Assembly (NCBI GenBank): GCA_050230475.1
Contig: JBFLGF010000043.1
Location: 62,001-96,946, forward strand
DNA: 34,946 bases
Reading direction: 5' to 3'
Source of the DNA: Ancylonema sp.
Lineage: Eukaryota
Part shown: in pieces, positions 24,106 to 34,946 of the stretch
Layout of the letters: each line of letters begins with the position of its first letter
Position numbering within the stretch: the stretch's first letter is position 1
Position numbers and translations under genes: made by a program
The notes under the pieces: generated by a model
What the model saw: only the letters and a program-made list of their open reading frames with translations
Told to the model about the DNA's origin: nothing
The model's database searches: none

Positions 24106-25475
24106 TGTTAGGAATTTGAGTTCGGATAGGCACGAAAATAACGTGTTTGCTTTGTCCGGCTAAATTGCCTTAGAGTCTTTTAGGACACGGAGCCGGGAAT
24201 GCTATCCCCGGGTATCCGTCCGCACATGGCACGTCCACAGTTGCACGGACGTGACCAAAAACTAGTAGTCGTTGTAGGATGCTCTGCGGTGTCACCACTC
24301 CATTAGTTGGATTCGTGCGGTGACAGTCGTGTCCGGCAGGTTTCCGTAGACACACGTGCGGTAGCACGACGGCGGTCGGATAGTTCCGACCGTCGGATAG
24401 AACAGTGTTCAGTAATGATTGTACCGTTGTCGCCTCGTCGGGTACATTAGCCCGACGAGAATACTTTTCTAAATACATTTCACAATCATACCAAAACGCT
24501 GTTTCCTTTACCGTACAGTTTGTTGTCGTGTATTGTGAAGCAGTGAACTTGTGCGCTACCGTGTTAAGTGACAAATCGTTTTAGGTTATGGGCCCACAGA
24601 TTGTCTAGAACATCTGGTCGGTCGGATCCTATAGATTTCCACGTTTTCACGCGCAGGCAAAGTTGCCTGGAAATCAAGGTAAATTGTGCCTAATTGTTAG
24701 GGCAATTAGATCCGTAATCGCTAGGCTCGTAATTCTTGAATTACGTTCTGCTTCTATTTTCTGCATTGTGAGCTGAGATCTTCGTGTTCCAAATTGCCGC
24801 CAAAGGCCAAAGTTTATGCTAGAGCTGTTTAGCTGCTGCATATTTGCGTTGGAAGTTGTGTATTAACTCTGGTGCAGATGGCGGATAAGTCAATTATTCC
24901 CCAGTTCACCGGAGCAGCATATCAGGGATGGGCCTTTAAGGTCAGGTTCGCTGATCGAGAAAGAACTTCATCGATATGTCATCGACTTCAAAGGGAGGAC
25001 GAGAATACCTCGCCCAACTGTTATCGAGCCGCTGACTCAGGCAGCAGTCGAGTCATTGATTGGTATGCTGCAGCTAGAATAGCTGCTGCCAACACACACC
25101 AACAACAGAATGTCGATGCTAGTAGAAATGTACTCGTTGATGCTTGGGATGCACAGGACTTAAAGGCGCAGGCCTATATTGTCCGGTTCTTAGGTCCGTC
25201 AGAACAGGTCCATATCAGGGATTGTAATTACGCTTTTGAAATGTGGAACAACCTTGCATCATTTTACGAAATCCAGGGCGCTATTGAAGTAGCTAATGCC
25301 CTGGCTAAACTGAGTGCTACGGTAATGGCGGAGGCAGAAGACTTACAAGAGTTTGTCAAACGCCTGTGCAGGTCATTCATGGAGAGCTTGCGCACCTGGG
25401 GAAGCCAGTCAGCGAAGCAGACCAGGCGACGAACTTGATAAATTGCCTCAGCTCCCGCTACGACTCCATGGTGGG
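24106..25475 (+). mobile_element. Copia family-B 5' portion: LTR (24106-24583), half-tRNA-iMet PBS (24584-24597), gag (from 24878), truncated
   Basis: TGTTAGGAA begins exactly where hAT similarity ends; GGTTATGGGCCCAC PBS; gag MADKSIIPQFTGAAYQGWAFKV...WDAQDLKAQAYIVRFLGPSEQVHIRDCNYAFEMWNNL (UBN2-type), frameshifted. Confidence 0.87.
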
Positions 25476-25508
25476 TCGTTCAAAGCTGGGCAGAGTCTTT
25501 TGCCCACG

Positions 25509-26066
25509 AGCCGATGGGAAGAGGATGGAGTTGAGGCAGAGTGGTTCACTGCCAAGGGTCCCAAAGCCCCGATCCACCAATCAACATCCTGAGACAGCCG
25601 AGGGGGGCAGACATGGGGAAGAGCGTGCACGCCTACAGATTGAGAGTTCTACAGACCAGCCAACCAGCCAAGCAGAGCTGGAGGACCCGACTACAAGCCC
25701 ACTTGTAACTGAAGAGACTGTCCGGTGATGCGCAAATGGGGATGGTTACCAACCGAGGCAGGAGAGGACGGCATCTTCGGAGAGCTCCTTATCGAACCCG
25801 GTCCCACCCCTGCACGAGCCCCTATCCTTGAACCTACCCCAGCGCGAACCCCATCAAACATTCTCAACCGTGGCCCTACCACTACCTCCGGCCCAACAAG
25901 TAGCCCTGGCCCTACCTCAACCCCTCGCCGTCCGCCAAATGTTCGTGGACAGTGGAGCACAAGGAAGAACACACACGCTGAAATATTTAAATTTTAGGTT
26001 ATGTGATGAAAGGCAACAAGTCTACTTTCAATGCATAGATGAAAAAGGAACAATGTAGTATGTATA
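25509..26066 (+). mobile_element. Second hAT copy, 3' transposase fragment in inverted orientation
   Basis: Near-identical reverse complement of about 16860-17420 (RADGKRMELRQSGS...RGQWSTRKNT). Confidence 0.92.
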
Positions 26067-26631
26067 ACTACCCTTATGAATAGAGCAAGGAAGGGTATCG
26101 GACAAAATTGACCAGACTCCAGCGTGCCTTCCTTGCTGGCTTCGGCGCCTTGCGGCCGTGGCCGCCTAAGATTGCCGGCTCCAACCTCGCATCCCAACGG
26201 CCCGACTGTACCTTTTCCTGCTCGATGCTATCCGTTGCACGCACCGCACATGTATAGGTTTGTCCGCCTATGCGCGGTCCCGCAGGTTCGTGGGACAATT
26301 TATTTGGACGACGTGGCCATGCGGAGATTCAAATCCCGCATGCCGGAAAATAGAATTAAAAAAAAAAAAAAAAAAAACGAACGATGGGCCATCCGACGGC
26401 CTGTAGACCTCCACTCGGGTTCAATTTAAAAAATATGAAATAGACGGCCGAAAATCAACTAACCGGCCAGGGAGATGCCGACAAATGTCAAAATGCATGG
26501 AAAACCGGGCCCCGCATTTTGCCTACACGACGAAAACGGGGCCGTGGTCAAATAATAAAATAAAATAGGCCCCGACATGCGACAAACTGCGGGTACAATA
26601 AGGTATCGGCGGGTCCCACACTGACATTTCG

Positions 26632-26772
26632 TATATCGCCGAAGGAGATATACAAAGGAGAGTACCGCCGGAGGCAATACGTAACCCAACCTAAACTAAC
26701 TTTGTGAGACATGATGTATATCGCCGAAGGCGATATACAACGGAGAGTATCGCCGGAGGCGATACGTAACCA
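26632..26772. repeat. About 55-bp direct repeat containing CGCCGAAGGCG / CGCCGGAGGCG mini-palindromes
   Basis: tatatcgccgaaggagatatacaaaggagagtaccgccggaggcaatacgtaacc and tatatcgccgaaggcgatatacaacggagagtatcgccggaggcgatacgtaacc. Confidence 0.85.
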
Positions 26773-27086
26773 CCTACAGTCACAATTTTTGCGATTCACA
26801 GCTCACAGGTCGCTGGAAACATAATATGTGAGAAAATCTTAAACCTTGCACCAAAATTATGCAGGAACTTTAGGTCACTAATGTCTGCATGTCTGCGATT
26901 TCATCTGCAGTTTCATCTGCAATTTCATATGCAATTTTATCATGTTGGCATGCGACATTCAGGCGAACCGAAAATTCTGGAAGTGGAGGAACGACATCGA
27001 TTCAACAATCAGTAAGCGTACGTAGCCAATATTTTATGCAGGGATGTCTTACCAGATGACAACAAGTGTTGCAATGTAGCGAAGGA

Positions 27087-27557
27087 TGTTAGAATATTTT
27101 GGATAGCCATATTTTATGCGTGCTAGTCCAGTTGTAACCGGTTACTCTAACCGGGAGCAATATTATAGATGTGACTGTATGCGGGGCCGGGCAAGTTTGG
27201 GCCCGGGCACCTGACATGTTTCCGACGCTTAGAGACGTTATTAGGTCGAAGCGTCGTGACTGGCTAGTTTAGTCGTGTCAGAAATGTCCGGCATGTGCCG
27301 TTGACATGTAGAAGAGCTGTCAGTCAATGATAGGCCGACGGTCAATTGTGCCGACCGTCGGCTCGCAACAATCTGTAAAGCGCATCGGGTATTACCATAT
27401 TCCATCCCTACCATCCCCGATGCAATCACAATAATAATTCGTTCCACACACGCAACTCCTGTCTCGTTGATCATCAGTGATCGAGATCCTTTTGCGTACG
27501 GGTCGTTTTGTCGCCCACCAAATTAGTCCGGCAAGTCTAATCACTCAAAAGCTGATA
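27087..27557 (+). repeat. 5' LTR of copia family A
   Basis: TGTTAGAATATTTT...TCACTCAAAAGCTGATA, repeated at 32878-33361 with scattered substitutions and small indels. Confidence 0.95.
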
Positions 27558-27794
27558 GGGTATGGGCCCACGTGCGGTCTAGTTCAGACGCCGTGTAGGT
27601 TAAAAACTAAAGGCTCCACGCGATTTCGCTGCTGTCATCTCTGTGCCCGCAAATATATTCGTAGTTGTTAAGGTCAGGTCTGCACGTAATTCTGATATTG
27701 CGCTGCAAGTTTTTGAGCTGAGTGCTGCAGTGCAGGAATTGCACTGAGACTCGAGCTGTGCGAGAATTTTTAAAGTCCTACACAATGCTGCCAT

Positions 27795-30700
27795 AATGTG
27801 GATAGGTCGCAAATCCCTCATTTACTGGAGCTGATTATACAGGATGGGCCTTCAAGGTCAAATATGGGCCTGGCGATAAGAAACTGCACCGTTTGGTGAT
27901 GGATTGGGACAGTTTGCCGCGAAAGTGTCGCCCAGACGTAATCCTTCCATTGACACCTGATAACGAGCTGCAATTAGCCGCCAGGGGGGATGTCGAAGTG
28001 TTGGTCTCAACGCTGATGCCATGGTCCGAGTCGTCACCACACCTCTTCACGATTCCACACATCGTGAGTGCGTTGCTCCGAGACGACGTGCGGAAGGAGC
28101 TGAATGAGCGTAAAAGGGGGGCGCTGCCAAGAGGTCACCAAGCGCATTATGGTGGACCTGGGGGGGGAAACGGAGCTGGAGGTAGCAGCAGATCTGGTGG
28201 TGCGACTGGAGCTGGTCGCAGTGACGCTGCAGGCGTCGAATGCTTCGGCTGCCACAAATTCGGCCACGTCAGAGCGAACTGCCCTTCACCAGCTCCTGGC
28301 GGAGGCCATGCGGGAGCTTGGAAATGTCATAGGTGCCACCAGGCAGGCCACCGAGCTGCTCAGTGCCCTGCGACATCGCCAGCAACTGGAAATGTTGCGC
28401 ACGCTACTCAGGGAAGTTCAGGGGGGAGACAGAAGTGCAAATATTGCAACATTGTAGGGCATACGATTGAACAATGTAGAAAACGCACGTCAGACATGGC
28501 TCTAATGAACCCAGAAGCTGCTAGGAGGGCTGATGCACAAGCTAGACTTGCTCGCTTTGCTGACAAACCTTTCAACGCTAAGGTGGATTATTTAGCTTTC
28601 GGTGCTTTCTCGTTCGATGTTGCCCGGGCATTGTCTGCTGGTTCTCACACAGACTCCCTGATCCTGGATTCAGGTGCTACTCACCACATTTTCACGGCAC
28701 GTGAACATTTTGTGGAGTACACACCTACCCTGAGCACGCAGAAGGCCTACATCACCACTGCTAACGGCTCGTCACACAAGGTGGAGGGCACTGGTTTCGT
28801 GCACATCCGAGTGAGGAATGGCGACGCTTTTTTTGTGCAGCCACTCAGCTCGATCCACGTCCCAACCTTTGCCTGCACCCTCGTGTCGACATCGTGCCTC
28901 GTCAGAGGTGGGCTGAGCTTTCTACCGCTGCCTACGGGTCCAGAATTATTAAACAAGGGAAATGTGAAATGGGCTGATTGCAGTCAGCCTAGTGGTCTGA
29001 CTTTGCTTGCTGCCACAATCGTCATGCCTGGATCTCATGATACGAGAGCAAATTTGTCCACAGGTATGGTCTGGCATCACAAACTGGGTCACCCCAGTTC
29101 TGATGTGATGACAGATTTTGTCAGACGTGGTGACATCCCACAGTTAAGTGAGGAAGAATTAATTGAAGTAAAGGGATGTCAGGTTTGTTGTCAGGGGAAG
29201 ATGATTCAGCTCAGTCATACTAAGGTCAGTGAGGATCTGGGGACATGCCCCAAGATGGGTCGCATCCACCTGGATCTCATTGGACCATTGTCTGTCAGGT
29301 CAACTAACGGAGGATTTACAAATGCTCAGACAGGGAATTGAGGTATCCACACGTCTGTCATTTGTCAAGTTTGTTAAAAACAAAGGATGAAGCACTGAAA
29401 ACCGAGCAAAAGTCACTATACAATTGCTCGAGGTCCAGTCAGGGTTGCCCCTACAGTTCTATACGGACAGACAAGGGAGGGGAATATGTGTCTCAGGACT
29501 GGATAACTACTGTGGGGGGAAGGGGTATTGACAAGCAAACCACAGAAGCATATAGTCCTGAACAAACTGTGAAATGTGAACGACTGAATAGAACATCAGA
29601 AAAAATGCGATGCATATTAATTTGGTCAGGTCTACCGAAGTCGTATTGGGATGTGCCATTATTACATGCAAACTGGATAAGGAACAGAACTCCCACTAAG
29701 TCGCTTTCTGGGAGAATTCCAATTGAGGTCTGGGAGGGAAAGAACATGACATTTAATAAAAGTCATAATTTCGGGTGTCTGGTTCAATATTTGAAGGTTG
29801 GGGGGGAAAAGAAGAAGAACAGCAGTCAAGGGGACAAGTTTGCCCCTCGCACTTGCGCTTTGGTGTGTTTCTGGGGATGGCTGCGGGAGTGCAGGCTACA
29901 ATGTTTTCGACCACCATAGAGTGGAGGTGATATCACGCATGGACGTGCGGTTCTTCGAGGAGGTGCCGGGGTACCCGAAGCTCATGGGGGGGAGAGCTCC
30001 CCAGGTTCAGGCGGCAGCAAAAACATTTTTTCTATCTATTCCCCGACACCGAAGATGAACCCCCAGCAGCAGTGGTGCCAGCAGCAGTGGTGCCGCACCC
30101 CAACATGCCAGCAGCAGCAGTTCTGCAACCAATCCCAGCACCAGCAGAAGCTGCCAGCAGTTCTGCAACCAATCCCAGCACCAACAGAAGCAGCAGTCCC
30201 TGAGCCAGCAGCTGCCATCGACTATCCGCACGACAACTTCCAGCCACAAGATGCTGAGGTCACTAACGCCACGATTGTGTTGTCTGACAGCCAGTCAGGG
30301 ATCAACAACGCAGGAGGTGGAGATGCAGGGGAGGAGGAGGTGCAAGGAGGGGGCAGGAGTGGGGGAGCCAGGCAGCGTAGCTGATCGGGTGATGGCCAGA
30401 AGGCGAGCCAACTTTGCCGAGTATGGGGATCTCATGTGATGTGATGGGGAGGAGTTCGATGAGACGCAGCTCACGCCAACTACTCAGCGACTGGGGAGCC
30501 CAGCAGGTTTCTACACTTGGCTTCAACGGTCCTGTGGATCCGGGCTACGCATGGCGTAGCATCTAACAGCAACTCCTCCGAGCCACTCACCCCTTCAACC
30601 ATGCGGATGAATGAGGCCGCCTGACTGGACCAGTGGGACAGGGCCATTGTGGAAGAGCTCGCTGCCCTGGAGGACGTTCAACACCTTTGAGGTGTGTGTA

Positions 30701-32154
30701 CTTCCTCCAGGTAAAAAGGTTGTGGGGTGCAGATATGTTTTTAAGGTCAAAACAACACCACAGGGGGATATTGAAAGATATAAAGTCAGACTGGTCGCAC
30801 AGGGATTCTTACAGCAAGAGGGTATTGACTATAACGAAGTATTTGCACCAGTAATCGACAGTACATCTATCACCCTACTCCTCTCTATAGCCAACCAATA
30901 TGACTGGGAACTAGAACAGATGGACTAATCACAGCGTTCTTGCATGGACGTCTGGAAGAAGAAGTTAACATGAAAATACCACCACGTATGTATATCAATG
31001 GGGGTGCTGAGGGAAAGGTCTTACGACTTAAGGGGGCTTTATACGGTCTAAAAACAGAGTAGCCACGTGTGGTAAGAGATGTTCCTCAGAAATTATGATA
31101 TCTGAAGGGTTTACACAATGCGTAATGGACACATGTATATATATGAGGGGGGAAGCAGACACCAGAATCATACTAGGCATACATGTAGATGATCAGGTGA
31201 TCACAGGTCCTAACGCAATGGTCGTCAAAACTTTTAAAGAAGATATGGGTAAAAAGTTCAAAGTCAAGGATCTGGGTCCCCTAACCCATATCCTGGGGGT
31301 GGAAGTGAAGAGGGATACAGAGAAAACTGCTCACACTGGGACAGTCAGGTTTCTTAAGGGGAGTGTGCTCGAACGCTATGGGATGCATGAGTGTAATCCA
31401 ACTAAACTCCCCCTCGCCCCTGGAACTCAATTTACACAGAATGCTGAACCAACTCTCTTCCCCCTACCCCTGAAGAAATAACCGACTTTCGAGGGAAAGT
31501 GGGAGATCTCTCATATATATGCCATGAAACAAACCAGACTGGACATCGGGTATGCACTTGGGGTACTGGCTAAACACATGGGAAATCCTGGGGTGGCACA
31601 CATAAGGGCTCTACATCAACTATTCACAGATACTTGAAAGGGACTGTCAACCACGGACTGACGTGTGGGAAAAGACACATTTGAAGTAAAGGGTTACTGC
31701 GATGCATCATGGAACAGTTGTAAAGTCAGTGGAAAGTCGGTCACTGGATGGGTAACCACGGTTGGGGGGACAGCACTGAGTTGGAAGTCACAGAAACAGT
31801 CAACTGTTGCACAGAGCACTGCTGAGTCTATTGCTGCCTGTAGTGTGTCTAAAGAATGCTGTTATCTAAAGTCTCTCTTGAAAGAACTCCTCAAATTAAG
31901 TCCCACACCAAATCACAATCCACACTGATTCAACCTCATCAGCTCTCTCCATGATCCAGAATCCTGTGCAAAGACAGAAAGCAAAACATTTTAATGTGGT
32001 ATATCACTGGGTACGGGAATGCCACAGCACGGGGAGACTAAAATATGTGTATCTTGCAGGCGCAAATCAACCAGCAGATATGCTAACTAAAGCTCTACCC
32101 CAAGTTTTACTGGACAGACACAGCAAAAGTCTAGGTTTTGGACGGTTATACTGA
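27795..32154 (+). pseudogene. Copia gag-pol polyprotein, frameshifted, with internal gag deletion
   Basis: FTGADYTGWAFKV; three CCHC knuckles; protease LILDSGATHH; WHHKLGHPS...CQVCCQGK; integrase HLDLIGP, IRTDKGGEY, CERLNRT; RT YKVRLVAQGFLQQEGIDYNEVFAPV, HVDD; RNase H GYCDAS...QPADMLTKAL. Confidence 0.95.
30060..30215 (+). repeat. CAG-rich tandem repeats in the IN-RT linker of the copia element
   Basis: ccagcagcagtggtg twice and cagcagttctgcaaccaatcccagcacca twice. Confidence 0.8.
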
Positions 32155-32659
32155 ACTGGGGGTGTCAGTAGTTTTCTTTTATTTTTATGATCGAAGGTTT
32201 CGAATGCCATGCATGTTGGCAGGGGGTGTGTTGTTATGTTTCTTTTCAGGCAAAGTAATGGGGAGGGTACACCAACTTCAGCTCATCCAGCTAAGTCACA
32301 CTTACCTTAATACCTTGAAAAGACACTTGAAAACGTTTAAGGACACTTTAAAATCAGAAAGTGTGAATCTGCTCAACTTTAAACTTGTCAGTGTTTGTTT
32401 TGAATTTTCGAATGTATGTTCTGTTCTAATCATTGTTGCAAAACTTGTGTCAAAAGTTGGTGCTGATATAGGAATCTGTAATTTTGAAGTTATGCTGTTT
32501 TGAGAGTTTTCTGACTGGAAAGTGTGAAGTTTTCAGAATCGTGAAGTTGAAAAAGTTAAGAAATCAACAATAGTTTCATAAGTTTTTTTGTTTTTTGGCT
32601 AACTTGTGGCATTTGTTTGTATGTGCAGGGCTTCGGCCCGAAAAACGACAAAGGACATG

Positions 32660-32720
32660 GAGCGATCGTCTTCTGAAGTTCCGATCGCTTCCGATCGTCT
32701 TCCGATCGTCTTCCGAACGG
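32660..32720 (+). repeat. About 11-bp tandem repeat (TTCCGATCGTC) in the copia 3' region
   Basis: ttccgatcgc ttccgatcgtc ttccgatcgtc ttccgaacgg. Confidence 0.8.
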
Positions 32721-32877
32721 CTGCATTTAATCGATAGAATCCCCTGCACATTTTATGCTAGGGAAGACCAAAATTGTTTGTATATGTTATGTGATGGTTC
32801 TGCGTTTTGGCAATGACTGGGGTACTCCTTTTGATGTCTGCTTTTATGCCAACTTTAGCATGGCATCCGAGGGGGTG

Positions 32878-33361
32878 TGTTAGAATATTTTTTCGATAGC
32901 CATATGTTATGCGTGCTAGTCCAGGTGTGATCGGTTACTCTAACCGGGAGCAATATTCTAGATGTGCCTGTATGCGGGGCCGGGCAAGTTTGTGCCCGGG
33001 CACCTGACATGTTTCCGACGCTTACTTAGAGACGTTATTTTTATTTTTGGTTTGTTTGAAGCGTCGTGACTGGCTTGTTTAGTCGTGTCAGAAAGAAATG
33101 TCCGGCATGTGCCGTTGACAACATGTAGAAGAGCTGTCAGTCAATGATAGGCCGACGGTCATCAATTGTGCCGACCGTCGGCACGCAACAATCTGTAAAG
33201 CGCATCGGGTATTACCATCCCCGATGCGATCACAATAATACTTCGTTCCACACACGCAACTCCTGTCTCGTTGATCCTCAGTGAAAGAGATCCTTTTGCG
33301 TACGGTTCGTTTTGTCGCCCACCTAATTATTCCGGCAAGTCTAATCACTCAAAAGCTTATA
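32878..33361 (+). repeat. 3' LTR of copia family A
   Basis: TGTTAGAATATTT...TCACTCAAAAGCTTATA, preceded by the PPT and followed by the TSD. Confidence 0.95.
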
Positions 33362-33909
33362 AAGGATACATCTATTGCTGTACATCATATCGTGTCCGTA
33401 GGTAGGCATGTAAGACGGCGCAGGTCGCACAAGGCTGCAGAAGCCTGCTGCAGAAGAAGCTTTAATGCAAAAATACAACTGAATGAAGTGGACTCCCTAC
33501 AAGCTTGCTGAAGCGCAGAAATTGAATTTGCTGGTAATCGATGTCGCTGGTAACAGATTATAATGTTGCCATGCCGAATTTTGGTGCAGAATATTCTGAT
33601 GCAGGAAACTGCACTCGAAATGAAGCCCCGATGAAGAAGCTAGTTGTGGCTTCGTCTACTGGCTCTTGGGTTTAATTCAGGGGTTTATTGGGTTTGAAGT
33701 AAATGTCAGTAGATAACGCAATAATGGTGCTCATAAGCACTATGATCACAGGAATATATGAATTTCTACGGTTTATTACTATCATACTAGGCGTCCTTAA
33801 GTTTGATAATATGCAAATGTAAATATTCATAATCGAAAAAGTATACAAATAATAATAATAATAAATAATAATAATAAAAAAAAACTAATAATACTAATAA
33901 CACTGGAGG

Positions 33910-34709
33910 GTGGTAGAAGTAGACTACAAGGCGGTCAAATGTATTCGCTTACCAGACGGCTGGAGGCTACCGGTAGGGGAGGACAACGTTGAAGGGTTTA
34001 TTCAATTTGTATTTGGGGAAAAAGACTGGGACAATGTGGAGTGGCTTGCTAGCCGCTCCATATTGGCTCCACAGAACGCAGACAAGAAAAATATAAATGA
34101 AATAATGATCGGCATCTTCCTAGGGGAGGTAGTTAGGGAGGGCGTTGAGTGCGGATAGGGTAGTCATGGAACCGGAGGACGACGGAGAGATGGGGAACTT
34201 CCCCATCGAACTTCTCCACCAAATGTCTCCCTCGGGGTTGCCCGACCATCGAATAATACTCAAACTCGGAATGCCACTACTCCTCATTAGAAATATGGAC
34301 GGCTCCATTGGGATTGGTGAACGGTACGAGACTCATTCTACGCCGCATAATGAAGCACATTCCTAGACGTAGAGATTGCGTCGGGATCCCACAAGAGGGA
34401 AAAATAGTTTACTTGACCCGCATTAGATTGAACCCATCTGACAACACGTTGCCCTTCAAGTTCGAAAGGTTACAATTCCCTGTCGAAACGGCGTTTGCAC
34501 TTACTGTAGATAAGTCGGAGGGACAGACCCTAGAAAAGGTAGGACTTTACCTCTCCACCCCAGTCTTCTCCCACGGCCAACTATACGTAGCGGCGTTGTC
34601 TAGAGTGGGCGGGATGAGCCGCGTCAGAGTGTTTGTCGGGGGGAGGTCGGTAGAGGAGGAGTACGATCGTCACACCAAAAACGTAGTCTCACGTTCAATT
34701 TTCAATTAG
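33910..34709 (+). pseudogene. Helitron-type PIF1 helicase, C-terminal fragment, frameshifted
   Basis: RSILAPQN, FPIELLHQMSPSGLPDHRIILKLGMPLLLIRNMD, GLVNGTRL, PFKFERLQFPV..AFALTVDKSEGQTL..VGLYL..PVFSHGQLYVA.LSRV, TKNVV, spread over different frames. Confidence 0.92.
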
Positions 34710-34946
34710 AACAAAAAAATATTGTACATTACCCAGTTTGGGATTTATTCTTTTTTGGTGTCAATTTTTGTTGGCATTCCATGAAATAATTTTGTCGACA
34801 CCAAACCAATTGTACTTGAAATCACTCATCGGACATGGACCACGAAATGCAATCAAAATATTTCATTCAAAAACTTAAAAAACATGTATCTTGGTCGATA
34901 CTCATCCGATTTGAAAATTTATTTTTGCATAGAGTACACATTCGGA

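Larger units (their letters stand above)
27087..33361 (+). mobile_element. Ty1/copia LTR retrotransposon (family A), both LTRs, PBS, PPT and 5-bp TSD AAGGA
   Basis: LTRs 27087-27557 and 32878-33361; AAGGA at 27082-27086 and 33362-33366; PBS GGGTATGGGCCC at 27558; PPT GAGGGGGTG at 32869-32877; gag-PR-IN-RT-RH order. Confidence 0.96.

Noticed and set aside
30055..30384. Gln/Cys-rich, prolamin-like ORF
   Set aside because: Shifted reading of CAG-rich repeats in the copia IN-RT linker.
26790..33700. Host exon interrupted by the copia element
   Set aside because: Rejoining the flanks at the TSD gives only a short frame with no recognisable homology.

Overview
Eukaryotic, intron-rich, repeat-dense window. 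The green-plant/streptophyte assignment is inferred from the plant-type RPL18, eIF5B and ENT proteins and a plant-type tRNA-iMet PBS. Three host genes are present: a complete 6-exon RPL18 (minus, 39-2262), the last two coding exons of eIF5B (plus, 9261-10292, 5' part lost at an assembly N), and a complete 5-exon equilibrative nucleoside transporter (minus, 13195-15675). Most of the rest is nested transposon debris: a structurally complete but frameshifted Ty1/copia element (27087-33361, AAGGA TSD, TG...TA termini, half-tRNA PBS, three CCHC knuckles, two PPTs), further copia remnants, an intron-containing hAT element with an 8-bp TSD plus a rearranged second copy, gypsy gag/LTR remnants, MITEs and a Helitron PIF1 helicase pseudogene. 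Three single-N assembly joins lie at 8919, 20701 and 22761. I find no well-supported novel multi-gene system. The most interesting signals are the unusual copia architecture, a composite-looking hAT and tandem duplications of splice junctions in two host genes.
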